This document shows positions 25,350-32,000 of a stretch of DNA of 32,000 bases, piece by piece. The DNA lies in the NCBI GenBank assembly GCA_963704435.1, contig OY969902.1, forward strand, positions 1 to 32,000, given 5' to 3'. This DNA is from an uncultured archaeon (GTDB lineage: Archaea > Micrarchaeota > Micrarchaeia > Micrarchaeales > CABMGC01). Position numbers and translations under genes: made by a program. The notes below the pieces were generated by a model. That model worked only from the letters and a program-made list of their open reading frames with translations. It searched no databases and was not told the DNA's origin. Each line of letters starts with the position of its first letter. The first letter of the stretch is position 1.

Positions 25350-26486
25350 TTATATTGCGTCCGGGTTGTCTGAGACGACGACCTTGGCCTCGTTCAGTCG
25401 GGGTACGAGCCGCCTCATGGCCAGGCTCTTGTACTGGCGCGTGTGGCGCATGTCGAAGTCTCGTATGCCGAGGTGACCCACCAGCACCTTCCCCATCCTT
25501 GAGTGAGAGACATCCACTCCCCTCAGCGAAGACTTCATCATCCCTAGGAACTTGTGCATTCTGGCGTCCGATTCAAACCTCGCGACGACAAGCATGCCGA
25601 CCGGGCAGGGCGTATTGCACATGAAGACGCACTCGTTCTCCCTGTCCTTGTACTCCCCTATGAGCTTCATGAACCACGCGTCCCGCGACTCTTCGAACGC
25701 CTTCGCGCTGGTGACCTTCACCGTGAACAGCACGCTCGCCATCTTCTTGGGCTTCTCCTCGAAGTAGGTGATCCTGTTGAGTATACCCGTCCTGACCAGG
25801 CGGTCGTAGGCATAGAGCATCTGCGCAGGTCCCTGGTTCGACTTCCTGCCCACCTCGCTGAACGTCATGCGCCCGGACTCGTTGAGCCCGATGAGCAGGT
25901 TCTTATATGAGTCGAAGATGTCGAACTGGTTGATGAGCCTATCGCTCAGCGGGAAGAAGCCGAAGCTGCCCCATATCCTGCTGACATGGATGAGCGGCTT
26001 GTGCTTGCCGAGCCTCTTGCTGAGGTTCCCGGCGAACTCGAGCGCGTCCTCGTAGTTCCTTGCGATCGAGTATATCATCAGGTCCTGCGCGCCGCTCAGC
26101 CTAGCAGCGAACTGCGGCAGCGGGGAAGCCCCCACAGCGTCGGCTATCTCGCTGTCGTCGGGCACCGGCCCGGTGAACTTCACGAATGCCATGTACTCTC
26201 CGAAGCCAGCGACCGGCGGCTCCTCCATCGCCTCCGCGAGTATCCCCCTCTTGGTCCTCAGCCTTGCCTTCTTTATGAACTCCCACTTCCAGAGGTGCTC
26301 TATGTCGACCTCGGGCACGAACCTGAGCCCGTGCTCTTCGACGAGCTCATTGAACAGTCCGTAGGCGCTCCTGCGCGCGATCCCCATCTTGCCCGCGATG
26401 ATGTTCATGCTGGCCCGGGCGTCGACGCTGAGGAGCCTGAGCATCCTCTCCTTGGCCATCTCGCGCTTGCTCCCCACCGTCTCCAT
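25350..26486 (-). CDS. Tandem Lrp/AsnC-like transcriptional regulator (two wHTH plus effector-domain-like halves)
   Basis: Two HTH-like segments are present: SMNIIAGKMGIARRSAYGLFNELVEEHGL and TFSEVGRKSNQGPAQMLYAYDRLVRTGIL. Each is followed by a beta-alpha-beta-looking segment of about 100 aa. The assignment is by pattern only. Confidence 0.55.
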   Translation of the reverse strand: METVGSKREMAKERMLRLLSVDARASMNIIAGKMGIARRSAYGLFNELVEEHGLRFVPEVDIEHLWKWEFIKKARLRTKRGILAEAMEEPPVAGFGEYMAFVKFTGPVPDDSEIADAVGASPLPQFAARLSGAQDLMIYSIARNYEDALEFAGNLSKRLGKHKPLIHVSRIWGSFGFFPLSDRLINQFDIFDSYKNLLIGLNESGRMTFSEVGRKSNQGPAQMLYAYDRLVRTGILNRITYFEEKPKKMASVLFTVKVTSAKAFEESRDAWFMKLIGEYKDRENECVFMCNTPCPVGMLVVARFESDARMHKFLGMMKSSLRGVDVSHSRMGKVLVGHLGIRDFDMRHTRQYKSLAMRRLVPRLNEAKVVVSDNPDAI

Positions 26487-26510
26487 CTCTCGTGGTAATG
26501 AGGAACGAAT

Positions 26511-26520
26511 ATTTTTATAT
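26511..26520 (-). promoter_or_regulatory. TATA-box candidate for the regulator gene
   Basis: The minus strand reads ATATAAAAAT, 25-34 nt upstream of ATG 26486. It sits directly downstream of the orphan VIT1 3' fragment. Confidence 0.4.
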
Positions 26521-26533
26521 TGCTCGGCGGGCG

Positions 26534-26617
26534 CTATATGCTGACTCCGAAATGGATTCTCGCGAACGTCCCGAACAGTATCGTGATGAATGCCGCGCCG
26601 AGGGATATGGCGAGCAT
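26534..26617 (-). pseudogene. Orphan 3' fragment of a VIT1/CCC1 gene (last 27 codons plus stop)
   Basis: The minus strand reads MLAISLGAAFITILFGTFARIHFGVSI-stop(TAG). The intact gene end at 27985-28068 reads MLAISLGAAFITILFGTFARIYFGVSI-stop(TGA). Homology ends abruptly at 26617/26618 and no upstream coding sequence is present. Confidence 0.8.
26536..26617. repeat. Direct repeat copy A (82 bp)
   Basis: It matches 27987-28068 with 4 mismatches in 82 bp, at an offset of 1451 bp. Confidence 0.9.
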
Positions 26618-26652
26618 ACGGCTGCCTTCGCAGAATTTAATCTCAATTCTTC

Positions 26653-27915
26653 CTATACTACCTTATCCTGCAATAGAAATTTCCAGGCGGGGATCAATCT
26701 GACTTTTCCCCCATTAAGGCTGACTGATCTCTCGTCATTTTTAGTTATCATCAGGCCTCTATCAATGCCAAATTTTTCCATGAATTCTCTCAAGTATTTA
26801 AAGTCTCCAGGATTTATGGCCTCCCTGTATTTCACTTCTATGGGTACTCCGTCCCGGACGATGTCGATTTCTCCGCCATTCTTCCAGAAAGCCACGGCTT
26901 TTAATTTGTTAACGACGGCAGTCTCGACCATGCTCCCAAAAAATGCCTCATCGGCATTCAGCTTGTAAAGGTAGATTAGCGCATTGTCCGTAGGATAAGC
27001 TCTCTTTTTCTTTCTCAGGGTGGCCATACTGCCCTTTCTGAAGTTTCCCATGACGCGGATCAGGAAGCTTTCTCCAAGATAAACGAGATAATCTTTTATC
27101 ACCCGCCTGTCCTTGCCGAACTGCTTGCTCAGCGACTGGTAATCCACGTACATTCCCGGATTCGCGGATATCAGTTCGAGGAGCACCCTCAGGAATTCGG
27201 GGTCCTCTATTTTGAAGATTTTAGGTATGTCCTGGTACACGATTTTGTCCACGACAAGTGCCTTGATGTACTCTCTGAATTCCCTATTGCTTTCGAACAG
27301 GAAAGTTTCTGGAAAGCCTCCCTTCTCTACAAATTTAAGGAAGAGAGGCTTGATTTTCGTTTCGTACTTGAATTCACTCTCTTCGACGCCGCTGAACCTA
27401 AGATATTCTACGAAGTCGAACGTGTTCAAAACGAATTCGGAAATCCTTCCTGCCAGCGTCTCCTTCGTTTTTTTCCTTATAAAAAGGGATTCCGATCCGC
27501 TTATTATGAATTTGGCCTTTGGATACAGGTCGTAATATTTCTTTATCTCGTTCTCCCAATTGCCGCACTTCTGGATTTCGTCGAAGAAGATGTAGACCCT
27601 TTCTTCCCTGAAATCTTTTTTGTGGAACTCCCTGTACCCGTCAATGATTTCGCTTACCTTTGACTCGGTCTCATCGAAAGAGAAGAATAATATGTTCGTG
27701 GCGTCCGTTTTTCCCTCTATGAGGCTCTGGATCAGCTGGTATATTATCGTGGTCTTCCCAACCCTTCTCAGACCAGTAAGCGCCAGTATGAACTTGCTTT
27801 TGAGGCTCCTTTCCATTTCAAAATACGCGTTTCTCTTGAAGGGCAGTGCCAGTTCGGGGTCGACCTTTCCCCTCATCCACCAGTGGTTGAATTCTTCAAG
27901 TTTCGCTTTATCCAT
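26653..27915 (-). CDS. AAA+ ATPase of the AAA_14/DUF4143 class (COG1373-like)
   Basis: 420 aa. N-terminal FNHWW block, Walker A LTGLRRVGKTT, Walker B YIFFDEIQ, and a C-terminal region typical of the DUF4143-containing archaeal ATPases. GC is far lower than in the flanks. Confidence 0.85.
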   Translation of the reverse strand: MDKAKLEEFNHWWMRGKVDPELALPFKRNAYFEMERSLKSKFILALTGLRRVGKTTIIYQLIQSLIEGKTDATNILFFSFDETESKVSEIIDGYREFHKKDFREERVYIFFDEIQKCGNWENEIKKYYDLYPKAKFIISGSESLFIRKKTKETLAGRISEFVLNTFDFVEYLRFSGVEESEFKYETKIKPLFLKFVEKGGFPETFLFESNREFREYIKALVVDKIVYQDIPKIFKIEDPEFLRVLLELISANPGMYVDYQSLSKQFGKDRRVIKDYLVYLGESFLIRVMGNFRKGSMATLRKKKRAYPTDNALIYLYKLNADEAFFGSMVETAVVNKLKAVAFWKNGGEIDIVRDGVPIEVKYREAINPGDFKYLREFMEKFGIDRGLMITKNDERSVSLNGGKVRLIPAWKFLLQDKVV

Positions 27916-27942
27916 CGATATCTATGTACATTACAATGCGCT

Positions 27943-27952
27943 TATTTATTAA
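27943..27952 (-). promoter_or_regulatory. TATA-box candidate for the ATPase gene
   Basis: The minus strand reads TTAATAAATA, 28-37 nt upstream of ATG 27915. It is flanked by two copies of the palindrome ATGTACAT. Confidence 0.4.
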
Positions 27953-27984
27953 CTTTATGGTCATTCTGATGTACATGTTCTGGA

Positions 27985-28968
27985 TCATATGCTGACGCCG
28001 AAATAGATCCTCGCGAACGTCCCGAACAGTATCGTGATGAACGCCGCGCCGAGGGATATGGCGAGCATCTCGAAGGACCGCTTTCTCACGCTCGTGCCGC
28101 TGGTTATCGCGACTATGGTGGACGCCCCGACAAGCGCTACGCTCACCAGCACTATTGAAGTGGCTATCCCCCAAACGCCGCTCATGCCCGCGAGGAACGG
28201 CAGCACGGCGATCAGTGCGCCGATGAAATAGTACGCCCCGGTGTGGTACGCCTCCCTTCTCGGGGACGCTACGCCGTCCTTTTCCCCTTTTCCCTTCCCG
28301 ACGCCCTTGACAAGGTTCTCCGACTTCGCGGACAGGTAGACCCCGCCGGCCATCGACAGGGTGCCGGAGATGCCCGCGATCATGCCTATGATCACGACTA
28401 TCAGGCTGCTCGTCGCGACCGTCGCCAGCCCGGCTATCACCGCCAGTATCTCGACGAGGCCGTCGTTGAGGCCGAGTATCGTCGACTGCATATAATCGAG
28501 CTTGCTCTCGTATCCCTCCACGGACTTCGCGAGGGCGGCCTCGTGCCCCTCCTCCTCGGCTATTATCGCGCGGGCGGAGCGCCTCTCCTTCTCCCCTAGT
28601 CCGCCTCCCTCGAGGGACGCCCTGTAGTTGGCGAGCCCCTCGGTCTCGTTCCTCTCGAGAAGCCGCACCACGAAGGCGGTGCCCAGCACCTTCTTCATGA
28701 TCTCGAACGCATGAATCCGCAGCCCCACGAGCGCGGGGCATCTCACGTCCTTCCCCCCGTCGCCGAGCAGGGACCGCCATATGGCGATGTGGCCCTTCTC
28801 CTCCGAGGCGAGCCGCGAAAGCAGAGCCTTAAGCTCCCTGTCGTCCTCTGCGCCGGCGAGCGCGGAATATACCGCGTGGTCGAGCATCTCGCCCCTTAGG
28901 AATCCCCTCTCCAGCGCCTCCTTGCTGACCATAAAACCATTTATCCTTTCGTTCAGTATTGCATCCAT
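27985..28968 (-). CDS. Ferritin-like domain / VIT1 (CCC1) family iron-manganese transporter
   Basis: The N-terminal ferritin/rubrerythrin-like half has two E-x-x-H sites (SEEKGHIAIW, AEEEGHEAAL). The C-terminal membrane half has the VIT1 block STILGLNDGLVEILAVIAGLA and further TM helices. An alternative start is ATG 28932. Confidence 0.85.
   Translation of the reverse strand: MDAILNERINGFMVSKEALERGFLRGEMLDHAVYSALAGAEDDRELKALLSRLASEEKGHIAIWRSLLGDGGKDVRCPALVGLRIHAFEIMKKVLGTAFVVRLLERNETEGLANYRASLEGGGLGEKERRSARAIIAEEEGHEAALAKSVEGYESKLDYMQSTILGLNDGLVEILAVIAGLATVATSSLIVVIIGMIAGISGTLSMAGGVYLSAKSENLVKGVGKGKGEKDGVASPRREAYHTGAYYFIGALIAVLPFLAGMSGVWGIATSIVLVSVALVGASTIVAITSGTSVRKRSFEMLAISLGAAFITILFGTFARIYFGVSI
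27987..28068. repeat. Direct repeat copy B (82 bp; the 3' end of the intact VIT1 gene)
   Basis: See copy A. Confidence 0.9.
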
Positions 28969-29536
28969 GGGTCTTTTAAGCGTTTTCGGCCCTCGCGACC
29001 GCTCGTATTCGGGAAAGCATACCTACAGGCACGTCGAGCGCCTGCTCAGGCGCGAGCGGAACCTGATGATAGTGTCTCCGTACATAGACGACTACTACGC
29101 GAGGTACCTGATGAGGCACTGCAGGGGCAAGAACGTCAGGGTGCTGTCGTCGTCGATGAGGCCAGAGGCGGCAAGGCGCCTGAGGGGAAGGGACATGGGT
29201 CCTGCCGTCACCTTCGCGATGCTCGTAGCGGCGGCGAACCTGGCACTCTTCTTCCTGGGCAGGGCGTTTCCGGCGTTCGTCGCCATTTCCGTTGCCGCGG
29301 CGGCTGCGCTGGTCGTTTTCTCCTACCGGCGCAGGAACGGGATATCGCTTCGGGTCCCGAGGGACTTCGTGCACGCCAAGATGTACGTCGGTGACGATAT
29401 GGCGATAGAGGGCTCCGCGAACCTCACCTATGCCGGCATGCACGGGAACGTGGAGCACGTCAGCGTCACGTTCGACAGGGAAAGGATAGTGGAGCTCAAG
29501 AGGCAGTTCGCGAGCCTGTGGAACGTGGCGCGATGA
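28967..29536 (+). CDS. Single-HKD phospholipase D-superfamily protein with an internal TM hairpin
   Basis: The HKD motif is HAKMYVGDDMAIEGSAN (H-x-K-x4-D-x6-G-S-x-N). Two hydrophobic helices (GPAVTFAMLVAAANLALFFLG and AFPAFVAISVAAAAALVVF) lie between the N-terminal half and the HKD motif. The start is set at ATG 28967 because the track extension 28781-28966 is antisense to the VIT1 gene. Confidence 0.65.
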   Translation: MGLLSVFGPRDRSYSGKHTYRHVERLLRRERNLMIVSPYIDDYYARYLMRHCRGKNVRVLSSSMRPEAARRLRGRDMGPAVTFAMLVAAANLALFFLGRAFPAFVAISVAAAAALVVFSYRRRNGISLRVPRDFVHAKMYVGDDMAIEGSANLTYAGMHGNVEHVSVTFDRERIVELKRQFASLWNVAR

Positions 29537-32000
29537 ATCCCGAAAGGCTTAAAACCCTGAAAGCGGAGAAGATAGCGATGCGCATGCGACCCGAGACTCA
29601 CAAGACCCTCGGCAGGAACGTGATACCTACGAGGTACGTTCTGGAGTTCAGGCCCAGCATCAAGACCTTCAAGTTCAGCGGTCGCGAGGAGATAGAGGCA
29701 GACGTGAAGAGGCCCACCTCGAAGATAACGGTCAACTCGGAGAAGCTAAAGATAACCGAGGCGACAGTGGAGCACGGCGGCGTCATCGAAAAGGCGCGCG
29801 TCCGGGTCTACGAGAAGGAGGAGCGTGCCGTCCTGAGCCTTCGCAGCAGGGTCCGCGGCAGGGTCCGGATAAGGATGCGCTTCTCCGGGGTCAACAGCGA
29901 CGACCTAAGGGGCTTCTACAGGAGCAGGTACCTCGCCAACGGCAGGGAGCGCTACCTGCTGACGACCCAGCTGGAGCCGACGGACGCGAGGAGGGTGTTC
30001 CCGTGCTTTGACGAGCCCGAGTTCAAGGCGGTGTTCGAGGTGTCGCTCATCGCGGACAGCGGTCTAGACTGCATATCCAACATGCCCGCCATCAGCGAGG
30101 AGCGGATCGGCAATGGAATGAAGAAAGTGACTTTCCCGCCGACCCCGATAATGTCGACGTACCTGCTCTACCTTGGGGTGGGCAGGCTGGAGCGCGTGAA
30201 AAGCACCCTCGGCAAGCTCAGGATGAGCGTGATCACCACCCAAGGGAAGGGCAAGCTCACCGCGCTGGCGATGAATTACGCCAAGGCGTCCATCAGGTTC
30301 TATGAGAGGTATTTCGGCATAAGGTATCCCCTGCCCAAGCTCGACCTGATAGCGGTCCCGGATTTCGCGGAGGGCGCGATGGAGAACTGGGGCGCGCTCA
30401 CGTTCAGGGAGGCGGAGCTTCTCGGGGATGCCAGCTCGTCCGTGGCGCTGAGGCAGACCATCGCCGAGGTCGTCGCGCATGAGCTGGCCCACCAGTGGTT
30501 CGGCGACCTAGTGACCATGCGCTGGTGGGACGACATATGGCTGAACGAGAGCTTCGCCACGTACATGTCCTGCAAGGCGAACGACGCGATGTTCCCGAAG
30601 TGGGAGGTCAAGACCCAGTACCTGCTCGACACGGTCGACTCCGCGCTCGAATCCGACCAGTTCAGGTCGACGAGCCCGATACACGTCAGCGTGGACGACC
30701 CGGCGCAGATAGACGAAGCGTTCGAGCCGGGCATCAGCTACGACAAGGGCGGCTCGGTCCTGAACATGATAGAGGATTACGTGGGCCCGAAGGTGTTCAG
30801 GAACGCGCTGCATACGTACCTGAGCGAGCACGCGTATGGCAATGCCAAGGAGTCGGACCTCTGGCGCGCGATGGAGAGGGAGGCCAGGCGCGAGAGAAAG
30901 GGGATTCCCGTGGCCAGGGTCGCGAGCCGATGGATAAACGAGCCAGGCTATCCCCTGGTGAGTGTGAGCGCCGAGAGGGGCGCCTTCAGGCTGAGGCAGA
31001 GCAGGTTCTGCATCGACGGGGACGACTCGGAGCCGAGCGGCTGGCCGATACCGATAAGCTACCTCTTGCCCGGGAAGAAGGAGGGCAAATTCCTGATGGA
31101 CAAAGCGGTGCACAGCCTGCCCGGCTCAGGCGCGGCATGGCTGAAATTAAACCACAACCAGAACGGCGTCTACCGCGTCAGGTACGAGGGAGAGCTGCTG
31201 AAGGGGATCGGCGAGGCGATAAGGAAAAAGGAGCTCAGCGACGTGGACGCGTGGGGCGTGGAGAACGACCTCTTCGCATTTGCCAGGTCCGGCCGCATCG
31301 ATGCCGCGTCATACCTGACGTTCGTGCAGGACTACTGCTTCGGCCGCGGATACCCGCTCGACACCAGCATCCTCGACCACCTGGACTGGATGTACTACAT
31401 GCTCTATTCCACCTACCTATCCTCCCTCGTGGAGAGGCCCCTCGTGGCGTATGCGCACAAGGTGCTGGACCGCATCGGGACCGAAAGGAAGCCGGGCGAG
31501 AGAAACGTGGACACTATGCTGAGGAGCTCCGCCCTGCTCAGCCTCGGCGTGGCCGAGGACAGGGAGGCGGTCGCCATAGCGCGCGGGATCTTCAGCAGGT
31601 TCAAGGCCGGCAGCTCCACTCTCGATAAGAACCTGATGGGCGCGGTCTTCAGGATCGCGCTGTGGAACGGAGACCGGGGCGCGTTCGGCACGCTGAAGGA
31701 GAGATACTTGAGCGAGAAGGTCCCCGAGAACAGGATGCGCATCCTGGGTTCGCTGGGATTCGTCAGGGACACGTCGCTGCTGAAGGAGGCGCTCGATTTC
31801 GCGCTGTCAAAGCAGGTCAGGTATGAAGACGTGATATACATACTCAACGGCTCCGCCGACTTCTATCCGGCCGCAAGGGGGATCATATGGAAGTGGACCT
31901 CCGCCAACTGGAAGACGCTCATGGCAAGATACCCTTCGGAGACGAAGATGCTGGAGAGCTTCGTATCCGTGCTGTCCGCGCAGAGCGACCAGGATTCCAG
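29533..32000 (+). CDS. M1-family zinc aminopeptidase (tricorn-interacting-factor / aminopeptidase N-like), 3'-partial
   Basis: I translated this by hand because the frame has no stop before the window end and so is absent from the ORF track. Blocks include NVIPTRYVLEFRP, TTQLEPTDARRVFPCFDEPEFKA, GAMENWGA, and HELAHQWFGDLVTMRWWDDIWLNE (HEXXH-x18-E; the His codon is at 30478). ATG 29533 overlaps the upstream stop as ATGA. Alternative starts are 29578 and 29584. Confidence 0.9.
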   Translation, partial: MNPERLKTLKAEKIAMRMRPETHKTLGRNVIPTRYVLEFRPSIKTFKFSGREEIEADVKRPTSKITVNSEKLKITEATVEHGGVIEKARVRVYEKEERAVLSLRSRVRGRVRIRMRFSGVNSDDLRGFYRSRYLANGRERYLLTTQLEPTDARRVFPCFDEPEFKAVFEVSLIADSGLDCISNMPAISEERIGNGMKKVTFPPTPIMSTYLLYLGVGRLERVKSTLGKLRMSVITTQGKGKLTALAMNYAKASIRFYERYFGIRYPLPKLDLIAVPDFAEGAMENWGALTFREAELLGDASSSVALRQTIAEVVAHELAHQWFGDLVTMRWWDDIWLNESFATYMSCKANDAMFPKWEVKTQYLLDTVDSALESDQFRSTSPIHVSVDDPAQIDEAFEPGISYDKGGSVLNMIEDYVGPKVFRNALHTYLSEHAYGNAKESDLWRAMEREARRERKGIPVARVASRWINEPGYPLVSVSAERGAFRLRQSRFCIDGDDSEPSGWPIPISYLLPGKKEGKFLMDKAVHSLPGSGAAWLKLNHNQNGVYRVRYEGELLKGIGEAIRKKELSDVDAWGVENDLFAFARSGRIDAASYLTFVQDYCFGRGYPLDTSILDHLDWMYYMLYSTYLSSLVERPLVAYAHKVLDRIGTERKPGERNVDTMLRSSALLSLGVAEDREAVAIARGIFSRFKAGSSTLDKNLMGAVFRIALWNGDRGAFGTLKERYLSEKVPENRMRILGSLGFVRDTSLLKEALDFALSKQVRYEDVIYILNGSADFYPAARGIIWKWTSANWKTLMARYPSETKMLESFVSVLSAQSDQDS

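Noticed and set aside
25355-26498. Plus-strand track ORFs antisense to the Lrp-like regulator (for example 25554-25910 and 25986-26498)
   Set aside because: They are shadow ORFs in a GC-rich gene with no motifs. The 26492-26968 and 26520-26702 ORFs read antisense through the VIT1 fragment and the ATPase 3' end.
27908-28780. 290-aa minus-strand ORF (Arg/Gly/Asp/Glu-rich)
   Set aside because: It is an alternate frame of the VIT1 gene on the same strand. It is low-complexity and charged with no motifs, whereas the 27985-28968 frame carries clear ferritin-like and VIT1 signatures.
28781-28966. 62-codon N-terminal extension of the PLD-like track ORF
   Set aside because: It is entirely antisense to the 5' part of the VIT1 gene and is Ser-rich low complexity. 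The PLD-like domain begins after the Met at 28967.
25350-29536. Reading the HicAB, Lrp-like regulator, AAA+ ATPase and PLD-like genes as one coherent defence system
   Set aside because: The genes are on different strands. They are separated by a housekeeping-type metal transporter. They differ in base composition. The PLD-like gene is translationally coupled to an aminopeptidase. The evidence supports separate acquisitions and not an operon.
30064-31847. Track ORFs 30064-30492(-), 30300-30734(-), 30495-31628(+), 30508-31113(-) and 31413-31847(-)
   Set aside because: All overlap the M1 aminopeptidase frame, which carries GAMEN and HEXXH-x18-E. They are Arg/Gly-rich shadow ORFs.
1-32000. CRISPR arrays, tRNA, rRNA or other canonical RNA genes
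   Set aside because: I found no regularly spaced short repeats and no tRNA-like T-arm or anticodon-arm patterns in the intergenic regions. Nothing resembles rRNA. A covariance-model scan would be needed to exclude small RNAs.

Overview
This looks like an archaeal chromosomal segment. The evidence is an archaeal-type DnaG primase, an Hjc Holliday-junction resolvase, TATA-like boxes 25-45 nt upstream of many start codons, and an S-layer-like glycoprotein. All calls come from reading the sequence and recognising motifs by eye; no searches were run.

Layout:
(1) 1-1059: a complete-looking IS4/IS5-type insertion sequence whose left end is window base 1.
(2) 1169-15685: a surface-glycan biosynthesis cluster. 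It holds two paralogous GT4 glycosyltransferases, an SDR, a divergent nucleotide-sugar dehydrogenase, an epimerase/dehydratase, four methyltransferases, a radical SAM enzyme and a Dpm1-like GT2. It also holds a five-gene minus-strand operon (7279-10958) that reads as a full GDP-D-glycero-alpha-D-manno-heptose pathway plus a transaldolase.
(3) 15979-21911: a monocistronic 1012-aa S-layer-like glycoprotein gene with no membrane anchor. It is followed by a two-gene operon for membrane-anchored glycoproteins that share a four-Cys ectodomain.
(4) 22156-24795: hjc, a small Toprim protein and dnaG. dnaG carries a low-complexity insert encoded partly by a 9-bp tandem repeat.
(5) 24886-25330: a low-GC hicB-hicA toxin-antitoxin pair.
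(6) 25350-29536: a tandem Lrp-like regulator, a low-GC AAA+/DUF4143-type ATPase gene, a ferritin-like/VIT1 transporter gene and a single-HKD PLD-like protein. The ATPase gene is bracketed by 82-bp direct repeats (84 bp counting the stop codons) that duplicate the 3' end of the VIT1 gene.
(7) 29533 to the window end: an M1 aminopeptidase (GAMEN, HEXXH-x18-E). It is open-ended and therefore missing from the ORF track.

I saw no rRNA, tRNA or CRISPR array and recognise no described defence system. The most unusual items are the S-layer/anchor-candidate module next to a heptose and methyltransferase glycan cluster, the att-like duplication around the ATPase cassette, and the dehydrogenase that lacks the canonical catalytic Cys. 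Many long track ORFs are antisense or alternate-frame shadows in GC-rich coding DNA and were rejected.
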